Assembly: GCA_937967235.1 (NCBI GenBank)
Contig: CALCJW010000192.1
Coordinates: forward strand, 4,533 to 68,532
Length of the DNA stretch: 64,000 nucleotides
Direction of reading: 5' to 3'
Origin: an uncultured Clostridia bacterium
GTDB lineage: Bacteria; Bacillota; Clostridia; Oscillospirales; Oscillospiraceae
This document shows positions 28,924 to 38,882 of this stretch, in pieces. The translations under genes were made by a program, and so were the position numbers. Numbering within the stretch: the stretch's first letter is position 1; every line of letters begins with the position of its first letter. A model generated the notes under the pieces. The model had not been told where the DNA came from and searched no databases. It worked only from the letters and a program-made list of their open reading frames with translations.

Positions 28924-30402
28924 TTACAGGATGCCGTGCAGATAGTGCTGATCGGCGGACTTCTGAACGGTGCCGGATGCGTCGTTCAGGTTGGTGGGGT
29001 TGGCGCGGGAGCCGCGCACCTCAGCGACGGACTTCTTCACGATAGCCTCAATGAAGCCCTCCAGGTCGGCCTTGGTGAGCTGCTGCTCCTGCTTCTGTTC
29101 CTGCTCCTGCTGGCCCAGGGCCTTTTTGATGGCTGCATCAACGGCCTTCTGGACAAAATCAGGGGTGATCTCCTCGTCCTCTGCCTTGGTGACGGCGGCG
29201 GGGGTCTGCTCGGTATGCTGGCCCAGGGCCTTTGCAATAGCGTCCTGCACCAGCTTCTCAGCTTCGCTCTTAGTCATGGTTTTACCCTCCTTAGTGGTCT
29301 TGGTTTTCTTGGCGGTTTCTGCGGAATTGTCGTCACCGGGCTTCTTGCCGGTGTCGTCGGTGGCATCAGTCCCGGCGGCCTCGGAGTCGGTTTCGGGCTT
29401 CTCCGCGGGCTGCTTCTCAGCGCCCTTGTCGGCCTTCTTGCCCTTCTCCTCGCCGTCCTGCTGCTTGTCCTCCTCGGTGCCGGTTTCGCCGTCGGGTTTA
29501 TCCTTCTCAGCGTCGGCGTCCGCAAGGAACGTGCCCAGGTCGTCGTAGAGGTTCTGCAAGGCAGCCCGGTTCTTTGCACTCAGGGTGCGTCCGGACTTCT
29601 CAATGCGGCCGGCCTCCGGGGTAGGCTTGCAGTCAAACAGCGACTTGGTGAGAGGCTGCGAAGCATCGGTCAACAGCTCGGTGATGATGCCGTTGAAGTC
29701 CTCCAGGGCCTCTTTGATCTTGCTCTCGTCGGTCTGGTAGGTATAAACGCCCGTATAGCTGTTGTAGCTGTACAGGCCGTTCCGCAGGGCGTCGAAAGCG
29801 TTCCAAAAGCTGGAACTGATATTCGCCTGCTTGTAACTGTCCGCGACCGCGCCTTTGGTGACGCGGCCTTTGGACTTCTTCACGGATGCTTCGCTCAATT
29901 CTGTATCCTCCTTAGAAAAGACTCCGAGGCCGCCCATAGACAGCCCGGTGATCTCGCCCTTCTCGATGGACTGCCACAGATCGTCGTCTGTGATCTCTAC
30001 GGTCATCAGCCATGTGCCTTCCTTGATGTCGGCACCGCCGATGTTGGAGTCAGATTTTGCAATCCAGCTCTCCACAACAGCGGTGCCATCGGCAGACACG
30101 AAATTGTGCTGGAGATCGACGCGGTTCCCATTCTTCGCAAACCAGTACGCGGCCTTTGCGATCTCGTCCGCTGTCATGTAATTGCCGTGGGCGTCCTCGA
30201 CCATAGGCTCGTACACAACGCCTGTGACAAAATGGGACTCCGAGTCAGTCTTGATGATCTTGCCATAGGTGGTGAAGGCTGCTTTCCCTTCCTCGTCCTT
30301 GACGATCAGGAATTGCCGCTTGTTCGCCGCCTTGTCAACCAGGGACACAAAAGAGATTCTTGCATCAGTGATTTCCTTTGCCTTTTTTACTTTTCTCGTC
30401 AT
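28924..30402 (-). CDS. prohead serine protease (XkdF / S78-like) fused to an acidic scaffold region
   Basis: N-terminal ISFVSLVDKAANKRQFLIVK is XkdF-like, followed by a long Glu/Lys/Asp/Thr-rich region. AAAGGAGGTG RBS before MTRKVKK. Confidence 0.65.
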   Translation of the reverse strand: MTRKVKKAKEITDARISFVSLVDKAANKRQFLIVKDEEGKAAFTTYGKIIKTDSESHFVTGVVYEPMVEDAHGNYMTADEIAKAAYWFAKNGNRVDLQHNFVSADGTAVVESWIAKSDSNIGGADIKEGTWLMTVEITDDDLWQSIEKGEITGLSMGGLGVFSKEDTELSEASVKKSKGRVTKGAVADSYKQANISSSFWNAFDALRNGLYSYNSYTGVYTYQTDESKIKEALEDFNGIITELLTDASQPLTKSLFDCKPTPEAGRIEKSGRTLSAKNRAALQNLYDDLGTFLADADAEKDKPDGETGTEEDKQQDGEEKGKKADKGAEKQPAEKPETDSEAAGTDATDDTGKKPGDDNSAETAKKTKTTKEGKTMTKSEAEKLVQDAIAKALGQHTEQTPAAVTKAEDEEITPDFVQKAVDAAIKKALGQQEQEQKQEQQLTKADLEGFIEAIVKKSVAEVRGSRANPTNLNDASGTVQKSADQHYLHGIL

Positions 30403-30462
30403 GTGTTCACCTCCTTTCAGGGTTTCAGACAATATAAAAAGCAGCGTCGCCGCTGCTCTTTA

Positions 30463-30714
30463 TCAAGTATTAGATTTTGCCGGGTCTTCGGTCGTTTCCT
30501 CCAGCACCGCCGGAACGGAAATGTTCACAAGCGGGTTGTCCAGAATGGCCTTGACCTCGGCCAGATCGGTGCCGGGTAAAAGCTCCAGCTCCAGAACGGG
30601 AGCTTCATCGACACCGTGGCGCAGGGTGTAGGACTTGACCATACCGGCCAGCTCCATGCCGTCCAGCTTGATGCTGGGATGCCCTACGCGGGCTTCGTCA
30701 ATGGTAACGATCAT
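30463..30714 (-). CDS. hypothetical protein
   Basis: 83-aa ORF. Confidence 0.4.
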   Translation of the reverse strand: MIVTIDEARVGHPSIKLDGMELAGMVKSYTLRHGVDEAPVLELELLPGTDLAEVKAILDNPLVNISVPAVLEETTEDPAKSNT

Positions 30715-30716
30715 TT

Positions 30717-31727
30717 CTAATCATCCTCGATTCCGGCTTTCGCCTTGTTCTGAGCATCGAGCTCGGCCTCCCAGTCGTCGTCCATTTCGTCGATCGCCTG
30801 CTGCTGGAGCCTTTGACGTTCCTCCAGAGGCAGGCCCAAAATCTCCATGTCAACAACGGGCTGCTCGATACAATGGCAGTTGATGCTCTCGGCTGCGGGA
30901 AGGCACGGGTCCCGCGGGTACATGGGGTAATATATCATGCCGTCCGCGCCGACCAGCTCGAAGGGCTGATCTTTGAGAACGACCTGACCGTCCATATCGA
31001 CGTGATTCTGTCGAGGCTCGTTTCGGTAGTTGCCGGTGTGCCTCCACGACTTGCTCTCCACCGCCGGGGATTGCATATAGGCTTCGTGCTGGGCTACGCT
31101 GTGGGCCCGAAGAACCTCCGTAACAGCCACCTTTCGGGCCCTGTAATGCGATGTCCAATATTCGCCTTTGCCTTCCTTTTCCATGCCGGAGTTTATGAGA
31201 TCGACGCAGAGCTGCGATATGTTGCCACCGTTCTCGATCTCTTTTTTCAGCATGGCTTCCAGGTGCTCGGTACTCGTGGTCTTCATGAGCTCAGCCAGGT
31301 CGTCGCTCCAGGTTTCAATCCAGGCGGTCGTCCTCTTTGATACACGGTCGAGCTTCAAGCCCTTGTCGGTCTTTTTGAGGTAATAGGCCGCATACTCAGG
31401 GAGGAATTTCGATAGCCTCGCGGAAAATGCCTTGCTCAGCTTGCCGGTGGCAGGCGTCGCAGCAGCTATCTCTGGGAGTCGCTTCTGGAGATCATCGAGG
31501 TTATCAGACGCCTTAGCTTCTCGAACAAAGTAGTCCGTCTCCTCGGTGAGTATGTCGGCCACGTCGTCCTCGATACCTTTCGCGTACTGGAGCGTCTTCT
31601 TGGGTTTCGCATAGCCTTCCTTTCCCAGCAGATCAGACAGGTCGTTGTCCGCCTTCTGGATGTAGTTGTCGATCGCCTTCACCAGCCGATCGCAGTAGCA
31701 CGGCTTCATGATGAAACGTGTTTTCAC
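30717..31727 (-). CDS. head morphogenesis protein (SPP1 gp7 / Mu F family)
   Basis: Conserved Cys motif INCHCIEQPV; downstream of the portal gene. Confidence 0.75.
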   Translation of the reverse strand: MKTRFIMKPCYCDRLVKAIDNYIQKADNDLSDLLGKEGYAKPKKTLQYAKGIEDDVADILTEETDYFVREAKASDNLDDLQKRLPEIAAATPATGKLSKAFSARLSKFLPEYAAYYLKKTDKGLKLDRVSKRTTAWIETWSDDLAELMKTTSTEHLEAMLKKEIENGGNISQLCVDLINSGMEKEGKGEYWTSHYRARKVAVTEVLRAHSVAQHEAYMQSPAVESKSWRHTGNYRNEPRQNHVDMDGQVVLKDQPFELVGADGMIYYPMYPRDPCLPAAESINCHCIEQPVVDMEILGLPLEERQRLQQQAIDEMDDDWEAELDAQNKAKAGIEDD

Positions 31728-33325
31728 GGTTCGTCCTCCTCCTGCTGCTCTTTGAGATCGAGCAGCAGGCCGCGGACTTCCTTCATAACGGCCACGACCT
31801 GATCGTTGTCGCCCTGGCCCTCCGCCTTCTTGATCTGCCCTTCGAGGGCCATTGTCAGGCCGCCGAGGTCAAACCCGCCGCTGCTCTTGGACTGCGTGAT
31901 GGCGAGCGGGACATTGCCCCACTCTTCTTCGTAGTCGTCCGATGCTTCGCCCAGGTACTTGTACAGGATTTCCTTCGCCTTGTTGGGCGTCAGGCCGCCC
32001 GCTGCGGTGGCCGCCGTCATGATCTTGCAGATGTCATCCGGGTTGGAAATGTTGGGCTCCTGGAAGAACGCCTCGACGTATTGGAAGGCATAGCCGTTCA
32101 GCAGGCGGTTGTTGATCGCCCATGCGAGGCTCCTGCGCTCAGGCTGAAAAACCTGTTTCTCGGTCACTTCCTGCGCCGTCTGAGCGGTCGCACGGTTGAA
32201 GTCCGTAGTGTAGCCAACATAGATGTCCGGGAGCAGGAAGGACGACTGCACCTTCTTTCGGTTGTTGTCCATATAGGTTTGGAACAGCTCGTCCTTCTGC
32301 AAGATGGAGGCCAGGTCTTTGACCTCGATCTTCGGTTTCTCGGTTTGATCGAAGTCGGTCTTTCCGTCGGAGGATTCCGTTTCCAGGACGATGAAGGCAT
32401 GCTGTCCAGCCTCGCCCTTGATGTCGTCCATGTACTTTGTCAGCTTCTCGTAGCTGTCCTCTGTGAGCGTGCCGCCCTGAATCATAATCATCAAGGGCGT
32501 GTGTCTGCCGTTGATGAAATAATTGTTGTTCAGGCGTTCCGCTCTCTGGCTGCCGTCAACGCCGAGAATCTGGCCCGTCCAGCGCACCTCGCCGTAAGGC
32601 TGGATGCCGATTGGGAACTCCAGAATCTCGTTGGCCTCGTAATCGACGGGGAGCTCTTTTATGTCCTCCGGCGACTCAACATAGACACCGTTGCGTCTGT
32701 CCATCACGCGGGGATCTCCGAACTCCTTGAAATACACGGTCTTGCCGCCGAGCTGCTGCCGGTACTTTCGGAACTTCTTTTTGCGCTCGATTGGAACGCC
32801 GTGGTTGTAATAGGTCGTGTCGATGTAGGGCTCCAGCGGAACCGTCTTCCTGACGGACGGCGTGTCATGCAGAAACTCGATCTGCTGTACCTCGCCGTCC
32901 AGGTTACGAATGACTTCCAGATACGCGATGCCGTAGGTTTCGCGGGCCTCGATCAAGTCCTCGAAGACCTCTTTCGTGTCCTGGTCTGTGTTCAGCAGCT
33001 CGATGATCTCGACCATGCGCTTGTACTCGACCTCAGCCTCCGGGGTTTCCTCGATGTCCTCGATGTACTTCACCCCGATGCCGAAGCCTGCAATGTTGTC
33101 CTTGTAGGCTCGGATGCACTGAGGCAAGATCGTGGACTCGGCGACCAGCTTATGCAGGCCTGCCAGCGGAGCAGGCGGCTCTATCCAGTCTCCTGCATTG
33201 TAGGCTTCCTGCTCTGATACCTGAGTAGGCCCCTCCGCCTTCTTGATGGGCTGGAGGGGCTGCGTCGGCTCGTGGGCCTTGATGATACGCGCCTGCATTG
33301 GGCGCGGTTTCTTGTTCGTTGCCAA
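31724..33325 (-). CDS. portal protein
   Basis: 533 aa; positioned after the terminase large subunit. Confidence 0.8.
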   Translation of the reverse strand: MATNKKPRPMQARIIKAHEPTQPLQPIKKAEGPTQVSEQEAYNAGDWIEPPAPLAGLHKLVAESTILPQCIRAYKDNIAGFGIGVKYIEDIEETPEAEVEYKRMVEIIELLNTDQDTKEVFEDLIEARETYGIAYLEVIRNLDGEVQQIEFLHDTPSVRKTVPLEPYIDTTYYNHGVPIERKKKFRKYRQQLGGKTVYFKEFGDPRVMDRRNGVYVESPEDIKELPVDYEANEILEFPIGIQPYGEVRWTGQILGVDGSQRAERLNNNYFINGRHTPLMIMIQGGTLTEDSYEKLTKYMDDIKGEAGQHAFIVLETESSDGKTDFDQTEKPKIEVKDLASILQKDELFQTYMDNNRKKVQSSFLLPDIYVGYTTDFNRATAQTAQEVTEKQVFQPERRSLAWAINNRLLNGYAFQYVEAFFQEPNISNPDDICKIMTAATAAGGLTPNKAKEILYKYLGEASDDYEEEWGNVPLAITQSKSSGGFDLGGLTMALEGQIKKAEGQGDNDQVVAVMKEVRGLLLDLKEQQEEDEP

Positions 33326-33331
33326 TGGGGT

Positions 33332-34786
33332 TTACTCCTTTCCTCCTGCCTTCTTAGGCGGCTTCGCCTTGGACGGCTTGACCGGCAGACAGAGTAAAAG
33401 CACACAGTCGCCTTCATCAGGGGAAGGCAGGCCGCGTGCTTTGACGTCCTTTTTGCTCTCAATGCGGAGCTTGCTCTGCTCAGATATTCCGTATTTACGG
33501 CCTGAGAGCTGAGCTGCCAGGTCTGCATCGTCCGGCAGAATGAGCTCGACGGGCTTCTCGTGCCCTTCGTCGTCGGTCGTCTGGAGCAGCTTCTTGACGA
33601 TCGACATCATGTAGGTGGTCGTGTCGTAGTAGTAGCGGTGGCGGATGCGCTCGCCGAACTTCACGGGAATAACGGATAACCACCAGAAGCGATCAGGGTC
33701 GCCGCGCTTGATCTCGCGCAGGCGGTCGGTCACGCCGCCGCCAACGCCGCCGTCGTCGATCTTGACGGGTATCGCGGTTTCGAGGTGGTACTTGTCCACC
33801 AGGGAGCATCCAAGCAGAGCGATCTCGTGCGCTGTCCGCACGGTGTCCTGGCCTCTGATCTTTTGATGGAAGAAAACTTTCTCGTTGACCTTGTACCCAA
33901 TGATCGTCTTGTCGTCGCCGAAGCGGGCCACGTCGCAGCCGATGTGTACCGTCGGCTGTTCCGTCGGTTCCTGCCAGTCGGTCGCCATGCTCTTTTCGAT
34001 CATACTCAGCGGGATGAAGACATCCTTCTCCTGCTTCGGAAAATCACCGGCAACACGGACTCGGAACACATCGGAGTCCTCACCATACATGGTGCGGATG
34101 CGCTCGATGTACTCTTTCGACACACGGGGGCTATCCCGGTCGTCAACATGGATTGTATGGTACTGGGTTCGGTTCTTGTGGTGGCTGTCATAGAAAAAGC
34201 CGGTCAGCTGCGTGGGGTTTCCGCACATCAGCAGCCGCGCTCCCTCGGTAGACAGAGCACCCAGAACGGGCTCAAAGACTTCATCATCGACACCGCTCGC
34301 CTCGTCGATGATGAACAGCATACTCTCAGAATGGAAGCCCTGCAAGGCGTCTGGGGTGTTCGCGGTACGGGCCACAGCAAACCACTCTTCCTTCGCTCCG
34401 TTCATGTAGACGCGCTCTTGCGTCCAGGTGATCTCCCGTTGCAAGGCGGGGTTGCTGCGGAGCCACTTCGATATTTCTGCCCAGAGGATGTCGTACAGCT
34501 GGTGCTGCGTGGGAGCAGTACAGGGGATTTTGGGATATGGCCGCGTGCAGATGAACCAGATCACGGCCCACGCCTCAACCGCGCTCTTCCCGATACCATG
34601 CCCGGAACGAACGGAAGTCATGGGATATTTTGCGAGGCTGTTCAAGATCGCCTTCTGGTTGACATCAGGTTTTGCTCCGATGATGTCCTCCACGAAGTCC
34701 ACCGGATTGTCGATGTAGTATAAGATTGCGTCACTCGTCAGGCCCTTCACCGTTACGCCTCCTCTCCCATGCCTCTGCAATGACAT
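33332..34786 (-). CDS. terminase large subunit
   Basis: N-terminal ATPase with Walker A-like SGHGIGKS, followed by a nuclease region. Confidence 0.85.
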   Translation of the reverse strand: MSLQRHGRGGVTVKGLTSDAILYYIDNPVDFVEDIIGAKPDVNQKAILNSLAKYPMTSVRSGHGIGKSAVEAWAVIWFICTRPYPKIPCTAPTQHQLYDILWAEISKWLRSNPALQREITWTQERVYMNGAKEEWFAVARTANTPDALQGFHSESMLFIIDEASGVDDEVFEPVLGALSTEGARLLMCGNPTQLTGFFYDSHHKNRTQYHTIHVDDRDSPRVSKEYIERIRTMYGEDSDVFRVRVAGDFPKQEKDVFIPLSMIEKSMATDWQEPTEQPTVHIGCDVARFGDDKTIIGYKVNEKVFFHQKIRGQDTVRTAHEIALLGCSLVDKYHLETAIPVKIDDGGVGGGVTDRLREIKRGDPDRFWWLSVIPVKFGERIRHRYYYDTTTYMMSIVKKLLQTTDDEGHEKPVELILPDDADLAAQLSGRKYGISEQSKLRIESKKDVKARGLPSPDEGDCVLLLCLPVKPSKAKPPKKAGGKE

Positions 34787-35246
34787 CCACCAGAGTGCTC
34801 TCTCTGTTCTCCGCCTCGATCTTGTGCTCGGTCTCTCTCACGATCTCGGCACGGCTCTCGCGCTCCAGCTTCGTGGCCTCCCTGAGCATCGAAACAAGCA
34901 CTTTGGTGTTGATGCTCTCGGCAGGCGTCTTGGCAAGGGCCTCCAGAGCCTTCTCCTGCATTTTCAGAGCTATCCCTATATGGCGGTCATTCATCTTTCG
35001 GGCCTTTTTGACGGCCTCTGCGTGGGCTTTCCGTTGAAGGTCGGCGTCGTACTCAGCAGCACGCGCTACCCAACTGTAGGTGCTGCTCCACCTATCCATC
35101 AGCGTTTTACTCTTGCCCAACTGCTGAGCAACGGCCCGGAGGCTGCGGTCTGCCCCCAATCCAGCGTAGATCGTGAACGCCTCAAATGCCTTTGCGCTCT
35201 CGCCTTCCTGACGCTCCCACGGCTTTACGTCGCTACGCTTCGGCAT
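34731..35246 (-). CDS. terminase small subunit
   Basis: 171-aa basic HTH-like N-terminus; overlaps the TerL start. Confidence 0.65.
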   Translation of the reverse strand: MPKRSDVKPWERQEGESAKAFEAFTIYAGLGADRSLRAVAQQLGKSKTLMDRWSSTYSWVARAAEYDADLQRKAHAEAVKKARKMNDRHIGIALKMQEKALEALAKTPAESINTKVLVSMLREATKLERESRAEIVRETEHKIEAENRESTLVDVIAEAWERRRNGEGPDE

Positions 35247-35277
35247 TTTGTTCTCCCTCCTTTTGCGGGCGGGGCCG

Positions 35278-35973
35278 TTACTTAACGGCTATCCATCCGC
35301 AGAAGTTCAGGCAACGCCAAAACATATCCACCTTATCGAAGCCAGCAGTCCGCAGCATATCGACGTTCCACTCAGGTTTCAGCGGCGACAGCACATTCTC
35401 CAGGCTGCGCCGCTTGTCCATGATCTGCTCTTCCGAGTAGCCGTTCCTGCGCTTCATGTCGTAGTACAGCTCAACCATGAGATCGTCCATGTTTTCGCTC
35501 ACGATCTTTTCCACAAAAATGAAGGCCCCGCCGGGAGTGAGGCTTTCGTAGATGGCCGAGATCATGCTCTGCCGGTATGCCGTCGGCATAAACTGGAGGG
35601 ACAGCACAGAGAGTACCAGGCTCGCCGTGTCTTTTAATGGTAAATTTTCCCAGAGGTTCCCTGCCCGGACTTCGACGCCAGGGTACTTGCTGAACCGATC
35701 TTTGCTCGCCGCGGCCATCGCCGGGGAGTTGTCGATCAGCAGAAAGTCGTTGGTGTCCTTGAACCTCTCCACAAACGGTTCAACGGCCATGCCGGTGCTG
35801 CATCCTGCATCCACGATCAGGGTGTCCGGCTGCACGAAGCGCGTACCCAGCTCATGGGAGAGGGCCCGCATGGACTGGTAGTCCGGGATGCTGCGCTCCA
35901 GCATATTTTTGAAGCAGCGGGCAACTTCGTCGTTGAACTCCCACTTTTTGCCGGGTTTCACATTATCTTTCAC
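35278..35973 (-). CDS. CmoA-like carboxy-S-adenosyl-L-methionine synthase homologue (class I methyltransferase fold)
   Basis: Blocks resemble E. coli CmoA as recalled from memory. SIPDYQSM aligns with [24 protein letters not shown] aligns with FVQPGTQVYDLGCSLG. IDNSPAM is identical. GGAFIFVEK aligns with [31 protein letters not shown] aligns with [37 protein letters not shown] aligns with FQCFNFGSLVALK. Confidence 0.65.
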   Translation of the reverse strand: [231 protein letters not shown]

Positions 35974-37535
35974 GGCGCTACCTCCTTATTCTCCGCGGGC
36001 GGCGGGAGCTTGATGCCCAGGCGGTGCTCGAACGCTTCACGCGCTCTTGCGGACAGGCCCATCTTGGTGCCGTCCGGGTACGGCAGCTCGAACTCGAAGT
36101 CAAGCGCAGCAGCCAGAGCCGCCGGGTCAACCTTCGGGTTCTCCGCCTCCAGATACCAGAATTTGCTTATGAGCTCCAGGCGGGCGATCTTTCCAAAGCA
36201 GGGGGTGAAGATTTCCCGCATTTCCGCTTCGGTGTGGCCCTTCTGCACCTTCGGATGTTCGCCCAGGTCGCCCAGAATGGTGTTGGGCTCATAGTCCAGG
36301 TCAAATGTCAGGGTCTTCTCAGCCGTGAGGAACTTCTTCTTTGTGTTCACGAACTGCGGGGCCTTATCGCTCTGGCACCAGCAGACCACCATACCGTCCC
36401 GGTAGCACAGGGCCGCCGCGATCACCGCGATCTGCTTCCGATCGGTCATGAAGGGCACGCTGTTGAACACGCTGGAGATAAACACGCTGCTGTACGGTGT
36501 GCCTGCCTCCACTTCATCCAGGAACCGGCTTGCGATCTCCAGGCTCTTTTCCTTATGGATTTTGTCGCCCATCGTCACGAAGTACGGCTCGAAGGCAGAC
36601 ACATTGATGCCGGCCTTTCTGAGCGTCCGGGTGTTGCTGAGCTTTCCCGCGCCGAAGTCAACGATGCTGGAGCCATAATGCCGCTTCCAGGCTTCCAGGG
36701 CCGCGCCCTCCAGGATGCAGAAGTCACGCCCGTTGTTCTTCGGGAAAACGCCCTTGAAAAATCCATCGCCCAGGGCTGCATTGCCCGCGGCATCGGTTTC
36801 TCTTGTGTTCCGCTCCCGCATGAAGCTGTTGAAGCGGAGATCATCTGCATAGTTGGACTCCATGTCAAAATCCATAGACAGCAGATTCAGCATTGCCGAC
36901 GCGAAGGCTTCCTGTTCCTTCTTGATCTGGACGCAGGGAACGACCTTCCGGCTTGCCTCTGCTGCCGTCTGGAGGCGACCGATGCCGTTTATGACGTTGC
37001 CCTCCTCACCGATCACGATCGGCATGAAGGCTCTGATCTTCCGTTCCAGGGATTTTGCGAGCTGCTTTGTGTGGGCGTCGAAATTGCGGTGGTTCGCCTT
37101 TGCGAGCTTCACGGTGTCCATCCGGCGCAGCGCATAAACGCAAGGGTAGGATTCCGGGCTGCCCGGTTCGATGTCGGGCAGGGCCTCCGTCATGGCCTGG
37201 ATGTCCATTTCGTACAGACGCTTCTTGACGATCGCGCAGGTGTCCTGCTTCTGGAGGTCGTTCGTGGCCCGGTTGAACAGGACGTTGACTGCCTTCCGCT
37301 CGCCGAGCTCTTTTTCGCTGACGTACTCCACAGGGATTTCAGGGAAGCCCATGCGACGGGCGACGAGCTGCCGCTGGTGTCCGCTCAGAATTTCGCCGTG
37401 CTCGTCCGCGTAGATGGGCAGCAGGAAGCCGAGCTTGCGCAGGGACAGCTCCGCCAGGGCCAGACGCTTTTCGTCATTCCGGCGGGGGTTATACTCTGAC
37501 GCCTTCACAGCGTCGATAGGAACCAGCTTAATCAT
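35970..37535 (-). CDS. ParB/Srx-like N-terminal domain fused to a putative SAM-dependent methyltransferase-fold domain
   Basis: N-terminus LVPIDAVKASEYNPRRNDEKRL...LSGHQR is ParB-N. The C-terminal half has a GxGxG motif (IVDFGAGKLS), an acidic residue after beta2 (SAFEP) and a degenerate motif IV-like FNSVPF about 60 aa later. Confidence 0.55.
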   Translation of the reverse strand: MIKLVPIDAVKASEYNPRRNDEKRLALAELSLRKLGFLLPIYADEHGEILSGHQRQLVARRMGFPEIPVEYVSEKELGERKAVNVLFNRATNDLQKQDTCAIVKKRLYEMDIQAMTEALPDIEPGSPESYPCVYALRRMDTVKLAKANHRNFDAHTKQLAKSLERKIRAFMPIVIGEEGNVINGIGRLQTAAEASRKVVPCVQIKKEQEAFASAMLNLLSMDFDMESNYADDLRFNSFMRERNTRETDAAGNAALGDGFFKGVFPKNNGRDFCILEGAALEAWKRHYGSSIVDFGAGKLSNTRTLRKAGINVSAFEPYFVTMGDKIHKEKSLEIASRFLDEVEAGTPYSSVFISSVFNSVPFMTDRKQIAVIAAALCYRDGMVVCWCQSDKAPQFVNTKKKFLTAEKTLTFDLDYEPNTILGDLGEHPKVQKGHTEAEMREIFTPCFGKIARLELISKFWYLEAENPKVDPAALAAALDFEFELPYPDGTKMGLSARAREAFEHRLGIKLPPPAENKEVAP

Positions 37536-38211
37536 TGTGCAGCAGCCTCCGTTTCAGCTCCTCCGCGATCTCTGCGCGGTCGAAAATACCTTTGTCCCGG
37601 ATGCCGTCCAGGGTGCGGTTATAGCGGACGACCTCGACCTTGAAATGGAGGTGTCCAACTCTCACCAGGGTGGAGCCCAGGGCGGGCACGTCGTCCGCGT
37701 CCGCATCCGGCTCCTCGTCCGGCTCTTCTTCGGCGTCTTCTTCCTCCAGGTCTTCCAGGTCGTCGGGCTCTTCCTGTTCTCCGACGTCCGGCTCCTGAAC
37801 ATCTTCAAGCTGCCGGTACAGACGTACCTCGTCAGCATCAAAGCCGGTTTCGTAGTCCAGCACATCGTCGTCCCGCAGCAGATCGCCCAGGGCGTCATTA
37901 TCCCAGCGGCCTTCAATGCGGTTCAGGGACAGGCACAGCTTCTTTTCCTTCTCCTCGTCGGGCTGGTCGATGATGGAGCAGAGCACTTCTTCCACGCCCA
38001 TGTCACGCAGCACGGTGATTCTCTGGTTGCCGCCGATGCAGCGCATATTGTGGATGTTCACCACAGGCGGCTCAACCATGCCGTGCTGCTCCAGGCTCCG
38101 GCGCAGGGCTTCGTACTCGTCGCTGCCCTTCACGATGTCCTCGCGGGGGTTGTACGGGGGAGGCACAATGTCCTTCAACTTCAAAACCCGGAACTCGGTC
38201 TTAAATTTCAT
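37528..38211 (-). CDS. ParB/Srx-like N-terminal domain protein with an acidic C-terminus
   Basis: KDIVPPPYNPRED...IGGNQR; paralogous to its neighbours. Confidence 0.55.
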   Translation of the reverse strand: MKFKTEFRVLKLKDIVPPPYNPREDIVKGSDEYEALRRSLEQHGMVEPPVVNIHNMRCIGGNQRITVLRDMGVEEVLCSIIDQPDEEKEKKLCLSLNRIEGRWDNDALGDLLRDDDVLDYETGFDADEVRLYRQLEDVQEPDVGEQEEPDDLEDLEEEDAEEEPDEEPDADADDVPALGSTLVRVGHLHFKVEVVRYNRTLDGIRDKGIFDRAEIAEELKRRLLHND

Positions 38212-38809
38212 CGAACATCCTCCTTCTCAGCTCCTCGCACACAAGCTCCTGCGTAAAGCCGACCTTCTCGCGGACGTCCGCCATCAGGTCTTCAAACTCA
38301 ACCTCGGTGAGCTTGAAGGAAAATTCACCGACCAGGCACTTGATGCCGTCTGTGGCGTCTTCCTTCTTGTCCTTCAGCTCCGGCTCGTCACCGTCCAGCT
38401 CGTCGCCGATCTCACCCAGGAGCTCGTCGATGTCCTTCTGCGTAAAGCCGGTAGATGCAAGGTTCTCCTGCTCCTCGATCAAGTCCTGGAGGAGTTCTGC
38501 CAGCTTGCCGTAGTCCCAATCGCCGTCCAGCTTGTTCAGGGCGATGCACAGGGCCTTTGCCTGAGCCTCGTCCATGTCCACGACCACCGCATTGGTTTCG
38601 GTTTCGCCTTCCGCCAGCAGGACGCTGAGTCGCTGGTGTCCACCGATCAGGCAGTTGTCCCGGAGGTTCACGATCAGAGGCAGAACCAGGCCGTGCTCTT
38701 CGATGCTCGCGTCCAGGGCCTTGTATTCCTGATCTTTCGCCGTCAGCTCGACCCTGGGATTGTACGGGGCCGGTTTGATCTCCGACAGCTTAACAATTTT
38801 CGTTTCCAC
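38201..38809 (-). CDS. ParB/Srx-like N-terminal domain protein
   Basis: LSEIKPAPYNPRVE...IGGHQR. GTG start with AAAGGAG 7 nt upstream. Confidence 0.5.
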   Translation of the reverse strand: METKIVKLSEIKPAPYNPRVELTAKDQEYKALDASIEEHGLVLPLIVNLRDNCLIGGHQRLSVLLAEGETETNAVVVDMDEAQAKALCIALNKLDGDWDYGKLAELLQDLIEEQENLASTGFTQKDIDELLGEIGDELDGDEPELKDKKEDATDGIKCLVGEFSFKLTEVEFEDLMADVREKVGFTQELVCEELRRRMFDEI

Positions 38810-38882
38810 GCCTTTACTCCTTTTCTGTAAATTTTGCATGAAAAAAGCGGGGTGCTTTCGCACTCCGCTTTTCGTTGCCTAT

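Noticed and set aside
26617-30579. 1320-aa plus-strand ORF
   Set aside because: It spans six well-supported minus-strand structural genes (HK97 gp10-like to protease/scaffold). It is a GC-skew antisense ORF without RBS or domain content.
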